The notes: a model not told the origin generated them from the letters alone. Positions 24,433 through 31,983 are shown, numbered from the stretch's first letter. The stretch is DNA of 32,000 bases from Cereibacter sphaeroides 2.4.1 (GCF_000012905.2 NC_007494.2:540001-572000), one strand, 5' to 3'. Program-made: numbers and translations.

Positions 24433-26841
24433 TCACAGGACCTGCGGACAGGCGAGCCCGCGCACGAGTCGTCGCACCGAGAGCGGGTTCGGCGCCGCGT
24501 CGAAGGCGGCTTCGAGAAAGAGCCGCGCACCGCCGGAGCGCAGGTCGATGAGGAACCGCAACCCGCCCTCGCGGGGCCGCAACCGGAAGGGCTCGAGGAG
24601 CCGGAGGAGGCCCCAGGGCCCCGGCGCCGCCAGCCGCGCCGCGCCCTCGGGCGTGCGGAAAGCGATCTCGGCGCCGCGGTCGGGCTGCAGGCCGGGCCAG
24701 TCGAGCCGCAGGCTGTCGCTCGTGGTGGTGACGGGGCCACCCTGCCCGCCCAGCATCACCGCGGCCGTGCCCCGCTCGGCCAGAGCGGTGAGCGTGAGCG
24801 TCCTCGGCCCGGTCAGGCCGGGACCTGCGGCGCTCGCCCGTTCGAGGAAGGCCGCGCTGTCGGGCGAAAGCCCGGCGAAGCGCGCCTCGGGCTTCCAGCG
24901 CCAGGGGCTGGCGCTCCGGTCGAGATAGGGCGCGGCGCGCGCCGCCACGAAGGCCGCGAGCGCCCCGTTCCGGCCCAGAAGCCGCTCCACCCCGGCGGGG
25001 TCGGCGTCGGCCCCCTCGGCGAACGGATAGCGCCCGTCGAGCGTCGCGCGACAGAGCGGCAGCACTTCGGCCTGCCACGCCGCCGTCAGCGGGTTCGTGA
25101 GACCCGCGGCCTGCGCCGAGCCCGCCTGCGCCAGCAGATCCTCGATGATCTCGACCACCAGCGCGGGCGCCTGCCGCAGCGTGGCGATGCTGCGCGCCCG
25201 GTCCTCGGCCTGCATCAGCCGCTGGAGACCCGTCGGACTGTCGCGGTCGAGGCCCCCCAGAGCCGCATTCAGCGCCGCAAAGAGCGCGGCGATCCGTGTC
25301 ATGCCGCCCTGATCCACGAACTGACGCGTCGGCCCGAAGACGGCCGCGATCTTCAGCTGCAGCGCATGGGGCCTCAGCGGATCCTCGCCGCCCACCTGAT
25401 GCCAGACCTCGCGCAGAAGCTGCGTGAGCGGCGACTCGGGTCGCGCCAGCGCGCCCGAGACCCGCACGGCCGTGTCGGCGGTCCGGAAGGGCACCACGCG
25501 CAGATCGGCGAGCAGGGCCTGCCACCGGGCGAGCGTCTCGGCCTGCAGAAGCTCCAGTACGCGGTCGGCGCTGGCGTTGCTCTCGGCGGTCGGCCGGTCG
25601 AGCAGCCGCGCCTCGCGCCGCGCCGCCTGCACCGCCAGCCCGGCGCCGCGGTCGCGGGCGTAGGTCCAGCCCGCCGCCGTGAAGAGGCCGGGGACCGGCG
25701 CGTCGAGCGCGGCCCCCGACCGACGGATCACCACGGCTGCGAGCCCCGGCACCGCCGCCTCCGCTTGCCACGGCGGAAGCGCCGCCGCGCCTTCCGAGCG
25801 CAGGAGTTCGAGCCAGGCGCGGTCGGCCTCGGACGCTTCGGCGGCAAAGGCGCGGGCCTGCGCCAGAAGATCGGCATCCGGCTGCGGCAGGGGTCCCTCG
25901 GGCGGCGCCAGCTGCCGCACATGCCGCGCGAGGCCCCGCATCTCCGCCGGAGCCGCGCGACGGTCGAGCCAGCCTGCCAGCCAGGCAGGCGACCAGTCAG
26001 CCGCGCCGCTCAGGATCGCCCAGGCCCGCACCGTGTCATAGCTCGCCGCCGGATCGGCCTCCGAGGCGATGGCCTCCTCGACGGCCTGCACCAGAACCGC
26101 CGGCAGCGCGGCTTGCACTTCCGCGCGGTAGGCTGCCTCGGCACCGGCCGCCGCGTCGAAGCCGAGAGGCCCCGCGGCCAGCGCGACCGGCGCCTGCTGC
26201 ACCTCGGTCGCGACACCGGACGCCGCATCCGCGAGCGTGTCGAGCCGCGCGCGGAGCGGCAGGGCCGCCGCCTCCGCAGCACGGGCCTCGAAGGCCTCGG
26301 CCAGCCTGTGATGGAAGCTCCATTCGACATGCAGCGCCCAGCCCGCCACCGCGAACCCGAAGGAGGCGGCCAGAACCGCCGCGATCCCGCGCCAGCTTTC
26401 CACGGCGGTCGGCTGGAGGCGTGTCCGCCGGGCCTCCAGCCGGTCAAGGCAGGCCTGCAGGAACGGCTGCACCGGCGCGAAGGCGGGCCCGGCCTCGGCG
26501 GCGCTGCGGAGGAAGCGGCGCAGGTCCGGCTCGCCCAGAGCGCGACCGTCGAAGAGCTGCGCCCGCGCGGCCGCTTCCCACAGACGCAGGTCGAGGCTCG
26601 GGTTCGCGCGCGCCTGCCGGTCGATCACCAGCGCCAGCGCATAGCGCGCGGGCGGCACCGCGGCCGCGGGAACCTCACCTGCAAGCGCGCGCCCGAACCG
26701 GTCGAGATGCGCCCGGGCCTCGGCCGCCAGCGCTGCGGGAGGATCACGCCTCCGGCCCAGCTCCTCGGCGAAGGCCAGCGCGGGGGCCGCGGCGCGGGCG
26801 AACGGATCGGAGGCGGGGCCTCGGGCGAGATCCTGCGGCAT
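24433..26841 (-). CDS. DotU(TssL)-like N-terminal domain, single TM helix and TssM/IcmF-like periplasmic domain; no NTPase domain (802 aa)
   Basis: The C-terminal ~630 aa are colinear with the periplasmic part of the TssM in this window (for example LPLCRATLDGRYPFAEGADADPAGVERLLG vs LPFCRAATAGRYPFEPGSAIDVNTADFQRLFG). The N-terminus shows a weak DotU-like pattern. TM helix WRGIAAVLAASFGFAVAGWALHV. ATG 26841 shares one nucleotide with the upstream stop. Confidence 0.85.
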   Translation of the reverse strand: MPQDLARGPASDPFARAAAPALAFAEELGRRRDPPAALAAEARAHLDRFGRALAGEVPAAAVPPARYALALVIDRQARANPSLDLRLWEAAARAQLFDGRALGEPDLRRFLRSAAEAGPAFAPVQPFLQACLDRLEARRTRLQPTAVESWRGIAAVLAASFGFAVAGWALHVEWSFHHRLAEAFEARAAEAAALPLRARLDTLADAASGVATEVQQAPVALAAGPLGFDAAAGAEAAYRAEVQAALPAVLVQAVEEAIASEADPAASYDTVRAWAILSGAADWSPAWLAGWLDRRAAPAEMRGLARHVRQLAPPEGPLPQPDADLLAQARAFAAEASEADRAWLELLRSEGAAALPPWQAEAAVPGLAAVVIRRSGAALDAPVPGLFTAAGWTYARDRGAGLAVQAARREARLLDRPTAESNASADRVLELLQAETLARWQALLADLRVVPFRTADTAVRVSGALARPESPLTQLLREVWHQVGGEDPLRPHALQLKIAAVFGPTRQFVDQGGMTRIAALFAALNAALGGLDRDSPTGLQRLMQAEDRARSIATLRQAPALVVEIIEDLLAQAGSAQAAGLTNPLTAAWQAEVLPLCRATLDGRYPFAEGADADPAGVERLLGRNGALAAFVAARAAPYLDRSASPWRWKPEARFAGLSPDSAAFLERASAAGPGLTGPRTLTLTALAERGTAAVMLGGQGGPVTTTSDSLRLDWPGLQPDRGAEIAFRTPEGAARLAAPGPWGLLRLLEPFRLRPREGGLRFLIDLRSGGARLFLEAAFDAAPNPLSVRRLVRGLACPQVL

Positions 26842-27689
26842 CAGATCCGCCCCTCCGCACGCCAGCGGCGCAGCGTCTCTTCGCCGACCTCGAAATGCAT
26901 CGAGTCCTCGCGGTTATAGGCCGCGCCCCAATACCAGCCCTCATCGTTGAAATATTCGGCGAGGTAGAGAAGCCCCGCCTGCGTGCCGCCATCGGCGAAC
27001 GGATCGAGCACGCCTTCGAGCGTCAGGTCGATGGCCGTGCCCCAGGAATGGTTCGAGATCGAGCTCGTGGATCCCCGGACGAACCGCGCACAGAGGGCGC
27101 CGGCGGTGCCGACCTTGGCATGGATGTCGGGATCGGACTGCCTGAGCCGCTCGAGCACCCGGGCCAGACTGTCGAGCGCGGGGCGGATCATGCTGACCGT
27201 GATCGGCCCGACGGTGCGTGTCTCGAGAAGCGCCTTCAGACGCGGCGCGGTGACCGGCTGGCAGGCGGTGCTATAGCTCTCGCGCGGGGGGCCGAGCAGT
27301 TCGAGCATCACGCGGTTCTTCGGCTGGGTGACGCCCTTGTTGAAGCGCGCGCGGGCCAGCTTGACCTCTTCCGTCAGCGCCTCGGAGGGCGGCTCATCGA
27401 AGGCCTCGCCGGCGAAGGGATCGGCGGCCACGACGGGCTCGCTCCGGTTCGCGACGAGGCTCAGGCTGTCGCGCAGCTGCGCCACCTCGGCGGTCAGGGC
27501 GGCGATCCGCCCGTCGAGCGCCCCCCGCGCCGCATCCGCCTCCGTCAGGGCCGCCTCGAGCCGCTTCAGGCGCAGTTCGGTCGCGCCATCGGCCGTGCGC
27601 AGAAGGCTCGTCACCACCGCGAAGGCCATCGCCGCCACCACGAGGCCGATGGCGACGATCAGGGGCCCGGCGAGGCTGCCGCGCTGCAT
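26841..27689 (-). CDS. Membrane-anchored LAS-family (peptidase M15, VanY-like) metallopeptidase with a coiled-coil linker; TagX-like candidate
   Basis: N-terminal TM helix (GPLIVAIGLVVAAMAFAVVTSLL), a heptad-like Ala/Leu/Glu-rich stretch, an exact SxHxxGxAxD motif (SNHSWGTAID, 27027-27056) and a C-terminal DSMHFE (His265, 26895-26897). Confidence 0.8.
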   Translation of the reverse strand: MQRGSLAGPLIVAIGLVVAAMAFAVVTSLLRTADGATELRLKRLEAALTEADAARGALDGRIAALTAEVAQLRDSLSLVANRSEPVVAADPFAGEAFDEPPSEALTEEVKLARARFNKGVTQPKNRVMLELLGPPRESYSTACQPVTAPRLKALLETRTVGPITVSMIRPALDSLARVLERLRQSDPDIHAKVGTAGALCARFVRGSTSSISNHSWGTAIDLTLEGVLDPFADGGTQAGLLYLAEYFNDEGWYWGAAYNREDSMHFEVGEETLRRWRAEGRI

Positions 27690-27692
27690 GGC

Positions 27693-28439
27693 TCAGCCCT
27701 CCGCCACGTCAACCACCACCACCGAGACATTGTCGGGCCCGCCCGCATCGAGCGCCGCGCGGACGAGCGCGAGGCAGGACTCGTAAGGCCCCACCGCCGA
27801 CGCCAAATGCCCCTCAAGGACGGGATCGGCCACGCAATGGGTGAGCCCGTCCGAGCAGAGCAGAAGCCGGTCGCCGGCTGCGATCTCCAGCGCGACCGTC
27901 TCGACCTCGACCGTATCGGAGGCCCCCACCGCTCGGGTGACGAGGTTCGCCTCGGGATGGAGGGCGGCAGCGGCCGGATCGAGGTGGCCTGCGTCCACAA
28001 GCGCCTGCACGACGCTGTGATCGCGGGTGAGCGCGCTCAGGCGGCCCGCGCGCAACAGATAGGCCCGGCTGTCGCCCACCCAGGCGACATGGGCCGTGGT
28101 GCGGGCGATGAGCAGGGCCACGACCGTAGCCCCCATCTGCCCGACCTCTGCCTTCCGCGCGTGCGCGCGGATGGCGGCATTGGCAGCCTCGAGCCCCGCC
28201 ACCAGCATCCGCCGGGGCTCGCCGCCCTCGGGGATCGTCTCGAGATGGTCGATCACGATATCGGCCGCCACATCGCCCTGCCCGTGGCCGCCCATCCCGT
28301 CCGCCACGGCCCAGAGCTGGCCCGCGGGGTCGGTCAGGATCGCATCCTCGTTCCGCGCGCGCCGGTGGCCGCGGTGGGTGATGCCCCAGCCCTCGACCCG
28401 CAGCCCGGCACGGGGCACGACCGTCGTCGGCGCCTTCAT
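27693..28439 (-). CDS. pppA: PP2C-family Ser/Thr phosphatase (T6SS PppA-like)
   Basis: RNEDA..AVADGMGGH..GATVVAL..WVGDSRAYL..LLLCSDGLT..GGPDNVSVVVVDV are the PP2C motifs. ATG 28439 (MKAPTTVV) preceded by GAGGG. The longer ORF to 28742 would overlap the divergent gene. Confidence 0.9.
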   Translation of the reverse strand: MKAPTTVVPRAGLRVEGWGITHRGHRRARNEDAILTDPAGQLWAVADGMGGHGQGDVAADIVIDHLETIPEGGEPRRMLVAGLEAANAAIRAHARKAEVGQMGATVVALLIARTTAHVAWVGDSRAYLLRAGRLSALTRDHSVVQALVDAGHLDPAAAALHPEANLVTRAVGASDTVEVETVALEIAAGDRLLLCSDGLTHCVADPVLEGHLASAVGPYESCLALVRAALDAGGPDNVSVVVVDVAEG

Positions 28440-28581
28440 CGCGCGGGCCCTCGGGGCGGGACGCGCGGCCGTCGCACTTCCGGCAGGGTCATGGCGGCTG
28501 GTCCAAATGGGTGAAACCAATGCGCGTTCATGATAGCCTGACTCAGTGATTTCAGCTTGTCCTTTTTGCGGGAGGACCGCG

Positions 28582-29346
28582 ATGGCCCGCCGAGCGACCC
28601 TGACGCGCCGGATCTGCGCGCTTCTTCTGGCGAGCCTCGCCGCTGCCCCGACCGGGGCCGGCGCAGAGGGCCTGACCGATGCGGAGCTTCTCGGGCTTTT
28701 CCACCGGCAGCGCGACGCCTTCGCGGCGGCCCGGAGCGGCAATGGTCAGGCGCGCGGGCTGAAGCTCGTGACGGTGGACCGGATCGGGCCGGCGCCCGCC
28801 ATGGCCGATGTGCCGGACAGCCTCGGGGCGCCCGCGGGGGAGGATCCCGGCCTTCGGCCGACGGCCTCGACCGACAGCGCGCCGGGCGAGACCGGGCGGC
28901 CGGTCCTCGGCCTGCCGCAGGGGGCCGACCGGCTGGCCGCCGCGGATCCGCCGCCCGAGGGGCGTGAGACGGCGGAAGTCTCTCCTGAGAGCTTCGGCCT
29001 TCTCGATCCGGCGCTGCAGGTCAATGTGCGCATCCATTTCGCCTTCGACTCGGCGGTGCTGGCCGCGGATCAGACGCCGCTTCTCGCGCAGCTCTGCACG
29101 GTGATGAAGGCGAGCGACATCCGCCTGTTTCAGATCGTGGGCCACACCGATGCGGCGGGCAGCGAGGCCTACAACCAGCAGCTCTCGCTCCTGCGGGCCG
29201 AGGAGGTGCGCCGCTACCTGACCGGCCCCTGCGGCATCGCGCCGGAACGGCTGCGCGCCGTGGGGATGGGCGAGCGGTTCCTGGCCGACAAGAAGGACCC
29301 CCGCAGCGGCGAGAACCGGCGGGTCGAGTTTCAGGCGCTGAGCTAG
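28582..29346 (+). CDS. Secreted OmpA-family peptidoglycan-binding protein
   Basis: ATG 28582 with GGAGG 6 nt upstream (the ORF-track start at 28546 is a GTG). Signal peptide ..LLLASLAAAPTGAGA/EG. C-terminal OmpA-like domain (IHFAFDSAVL..IVGHTDAAGSEAYNQQLSLLRAEEV..NRRVEF). Confidence 0.85.
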   Translation: MARRATLTRRICALLLASLAAAPTGAGAEGLTDAELLGLFHRQRDAFAAARSGNGQARGLKLVTVDRIGPAPAMADVPDSLGAPAGEDPGLRPTASTDSAPGETGRPVLGLPQGADRLAAADPPPEGRETAEVSPESFGLLDPALQVNVRIHFAFDSAVLAADQTPLLAQLCTVMKASDIRLFQIVGHTDAAGSEAYNQQLSLLRAEEVRRYLTGPCGIAPERLRAVGMGERFLADKKDPRSGENRRVEFQALS

Positions 29347-30269
29347 ACCACCGGCATCGGCCCGCTCGCGCGGCGGCCGCGGTAGATCGAGCGGACGAAG
29401 GCAGAGGCCTCCGCATCGAGATCGGCAAGGGCAAGCCCCAGCTCCGCGCGCAGCCTGCGGCCGAGGCGGGCGATGGCCGCCCTCCGGCCGGCCTCGGTGT
29501 CATGGGCAGGCAGGATCTCCTCCTGCCAGAAGCGGGCGAACCAGCCGTAATCGGCGACGCGCGCCGGATCGAACCCGTCGAGCGCCACCATCGCGCAGCC
29601 GAGACGGGCACCGAGAAGGGCCCAGTCGCCATGCGCGACATCGATGCCGACCGAGCACCAGATGCGCAACCGCTCGTGGTTCGCGGCCCCGACATGGCGC
29701 AGGAGCGCCTCGCCCCGCGGCAGGTCCGGATGGACGTCATAGGCGAGCCGCCCGCCGCCGAGGTTCAGCTTCACCCCTTCGCGGAACCCGGCGCGGAAGG
29801 CCTGCGCCGGCGTCCCGGTGACATGCACCTCGGAGAGCACCCGGTTGATCTGGAAGTAGGGCACCGTCCAGCAGAAGTCGACCGCCGCCTCGGGCCGTCC
29901 GGCATGTTCGTGCGTGCGCAGCCCGAGGAGCGTGGCGCGGGGCCAGAGCTTGACGCCGCCATTGCCATATTCGAGCCCGTTGATCGCGTTCCGGGCGCTG
30001 AAGGACAGGACCGAGCCCAGATCGCGCGGAGACAGGTCGAGGCGCCCCGCGAAGAAGCCGGGATCCGTCACCAGATTGTCCGCATCCACGGTGAAGACAT
30101 GGGCCGAGGTTGCGATCTCTCCCGCCCGCCGGTGGGCGGCATCGAAGCCGCGCACGCCATGGACCCGGCGCGTCCGCGGCACCGCGGCGGCGAGATGGGC
30201 GAAATGCGCCTCGGCGTTCGGCTCGTCGAAGCTCAGGAACACCACGTCGCAGGCGGCCAGATCGATCAT
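29343..30269 (-). CDS. Hypothetical protein, possible nucleotide-sugar glycosyltransferase-like (308 aa)
   Basis: GC3-biased frame. ATG 30269 (MIDLAACDVVFLSFDEPNAE) forms an ATGA overlap with the upstream gene. A DxD-like FTVDADN motif is present. Function is not securely recognised. Confidence 0.55.
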   Translation of the reverse strand: MIDLAACDVVFLSFDEPNAEAHFAHLAAAVPRTRRVHGVRGFDAAHRRAGEIATSAHVFTVDADNLVTDPGFFAGRLDLSPRDLGSVLSFSARNAINGLEYGNGGVKLWPRATLLGLRTHEHAGRPEAAVDFCWTVPYFQINRVLSEVHVTGTPAQAFRAGFREGVKLNLGGGRLAYDVHPDLPRGEALLRHVGAANHERLRIWCSVGIDVAHGDWALLGARLGCAMVALDGFDPARVADYGWFARFWQEEILPAHDTEAGRRAAIARLGRRLRAELGLALADLDAEASAFVRSIYRGRRASGPMPVV

Positions 30270-30676
30270 CTCTCCCACTCCGCACGGGTGCCGAGATGGA
30301 CGATCGCCGCCGGCTGCCATTTCGACAGGAGCACGGCGCGGCGGCGCGCGAGATAGGCGGGCCAGTCGCCCGACCCGAGCGGCGCGTTGGCGGCAGCGTT
30401 GGGCAGCGTGTCATAGGCAAGGCCCGCCCCCCGCAGGCCGCGGAAATCCACGAGATCCACGACCAGCACCGGCACCATCTCCTGTTCACGCGCCACCTCG
30501 CGCGCGACCGGCAGGAGAGGCTCGATCTCGGGCCAGTCGAGGCCAGTCAGATCGACGAGCATGATGGCGAGGGGTCGGTCCTGCCGGGCGACCCCGGCGA
30601 TCACCGGGCTGTCCGCGGTGAAGGGCCAGGCGGCCGCGTCCGGATCGAGCGGCGGCTCTGCCGGAGGCGCCGGCAT
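30266..30676 (-). CDS. Hypothetical protein (136 aa)
   Basis: ATG 30676 shares one nucleotide with the stop of the upstream glycosyltransferase gene, and the stop overlaps the next start (ATGA). Coding-like GC3. No motif recognised. Confidence 0.5.
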   Translation of the reverse strand: MPAPPAEPPLDPDAAAWPFTADSPVIAGVARQDRPLAIMLVDLTGLDWPEIEPLLPVAREVAREQEMVPVLVVDLVDFRGLRGAGLAYDTLPNAAANAPLGSGDWPAYLARRRAVLLSKWQPAAIVHLGTRAEWER

Positions 30677-31749
30677 CAGACGAGCGGCCCCACGCGGCCG
30701 GGCGGCGCTTGGGCGAGGAGCGCCGTGAAGAGGTCGCGCCAAATGGCGCCGACGAGGCGGCGGTCGCGCGCCGCGGCGAGCGCGCCCGCAGCGGCGCCCC
30801 GCTCGGCCCAGACCTGCGGGCCCTCCGCCAGCGCCGTGGCCAGCACCTCATCGAGCGGGCGGGCGGGATCGTGGAGCCAGCCGGTCCGCCCGGTCTCGAC
30901 CACGTCGCGGAGGCCCGGAAGGTCGGGCCCGAGGACGCCCCTTCCCAGCGTCTGCGCCAGCACCGCCGAGCCGGAGGTAAGCGATTGCACATAGGGCAGC
31001 ACCACGAGATCGGCGGCGGCATGGCACTCGGCCAGCCGCTCGGGCGTGGCGAAGTCGGGCAGGAGGAGGAGCCGCGGATCGGGCGCCCCCGGCGGCAGGA
31101 CGCCGGGCAGCGCCTGCCCCGCAAGGATCAGCCGGTCCTCGGGGGCAGCAACACGGCAGAAGGCCTCCACCAGTGCCGCGGGGCGCTTGTAGGCCGCGAG
31201 ACGGCCGGGCAGCAGCAGGACCATGCGCGCCCCGGCGAGCCCCAGCGCCGCCCGCGCCGCGGACCTGTGCAACACCGGATAGGCGCCCTCATAGCCCGCA
31301 TGTGGAACGATCCGCAGCCGCTCGGGCGGCAGCGGCAGGGCCGCGCGCGCGGCCGCCACCGCCGGCAGCGAATGCAGGTGGATCACGTCTGCCAGCCGCA
31401 GAAGCCCGCGGCGCAGGTCCGCGACGGCCCCGGCCATCCGGGGATCGCGCGGTTCGAGATTGTGGAGCGTCCAGACCACCCGTCCGCCGCGGCCCCGGAA
31501 CCGCTCGAGATCGTCGAGGAACCGCTCGACCGGGCCTGCGGCCACCACCGCATGTTCCCAGTGCAGATGGAAGATCATCCGCCCGCCCGCCACCTTCGCC
31601 TGCCGGTCGAGCGCCTCGGCAAGGGGCGCGGGCTCGGGCGCGAGCGTCGGGCCCAGCCCCTCGTAGAGCAGCGTCTGATAGGGATTGGTGTCCCGGTAGT
31701 CCGGGAACCAGCAGAGCGGCACGGGACGGGCGGGCGGCGGCTCGAACAT
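30676..31749 (-). CDS. Glycosyltransferase, GT4-like (group 1)
   Basis: ATG 31749 (MFEPPPARPV). C-terminal GT-B signatures LLLPGRLAAYKR and GLRDVVETGRTGWL (E-x7-E-type region). The upstream part of the 416-aa ORF is Arg-rich and was rejected. Confidence 0.8.
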   Translation of the reverse strand: MFEPPPARPVPLCWFPDYRDTNPYQTLLYEGLGPTLAPEPAPLAEALDRQAKVAGGRMIFHLHWEHAVVAAGPVERFLDDLERFRGRGGRVVWTLHNLEPRDPRMAGAVADLRRGLLRLADVIHLHSLPAVAAARAALPLPPERLRIVPHAGYEGAYPVLHRSAARAALGLAGARMVLLLPGRLAAYKRPAALVEAFCRVAAPEDRLILAGQALPGVLPPGAPDPRLLLLPDFATPERLAECHAAADLVVLPYVQSLTSGSAVLAQTLGRGVLGPDLPGLRDVVETGRTGWLHDPARPLDEVLATALAEGPQVWAERGAAAGALAAARDRRLVGAIWRDLFTALLAQAPPGRVGPLV

Positions 31750-31983
31750 GGATCGAGCGTCCCACGTCCCGCGCCCGCAGGCGAGAGATTTCTCCGCCCA
31801 TACGCCGCCAGCCGAAGCCCTCGGCCAGCGGCTGCGGCTCCGACCCGCAGGCGGCCGCTCCGTCCCTCGGACATCGGGCGCCGTGCTGCCCAGGCGACGC
31901 GCGCGGCGCTTGACGGAAATGCGCATCTGACGTCTACTTTTCAGGGCGCGAGCCTCTGTCCGCGCGATTTGAGGTGAGTCATT

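Larger units (their letters stand above)
1146..29346. other. Type VI secretion system gene cluster (imp/tss type): 13 core tss genes plus tagF, tagH, ppkA, pppA and envelope accessory genes
   Basis: Contiguous run of ORFs whose translations carry hallmark T6SS motifs (details per gene below). Gene order tssA-B-C-hcp-E-F-G-fha-J-K-L-M-tagF resembles the rhizobial/Agrobacterium imp locus. Confidence 0.95.

Noticed and set aside
26841-27689. The M15/LAS peptidase considered as a secreted peptidoglycan-targeting T6SS effector.
   Set aside because: It has an N-terminal membrane anchor and no adjacent small periplasmic immunity-like gene. It also lies upstream of vgrG rather than downstream. A TagX-like biogenesis role fits better, though an effector role is not formally excluded.
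28440-28581. Divergent pppA/OmpA-like intergenic region with short inverted repeats (TGAA-N11-TTCA around 28513-28531; TGACTCA at 28540-28546). Considered as an operator site.
   Set aside because: The repeats are 4-7 nt and no convincing -35/-10 pair was found. I cannot assign them to any known regulator motif.
31910-31938. TTGACG-N17-TCTACT as a sigma70-type promoter for the gene starting at 31984.
   Set aside because: The -10 hexamer matches TATAAT at only 3 of 6 positions, and alphaproteobacterial promoters are poorly defined. It is noted under the partial CDS but not called as a feature.
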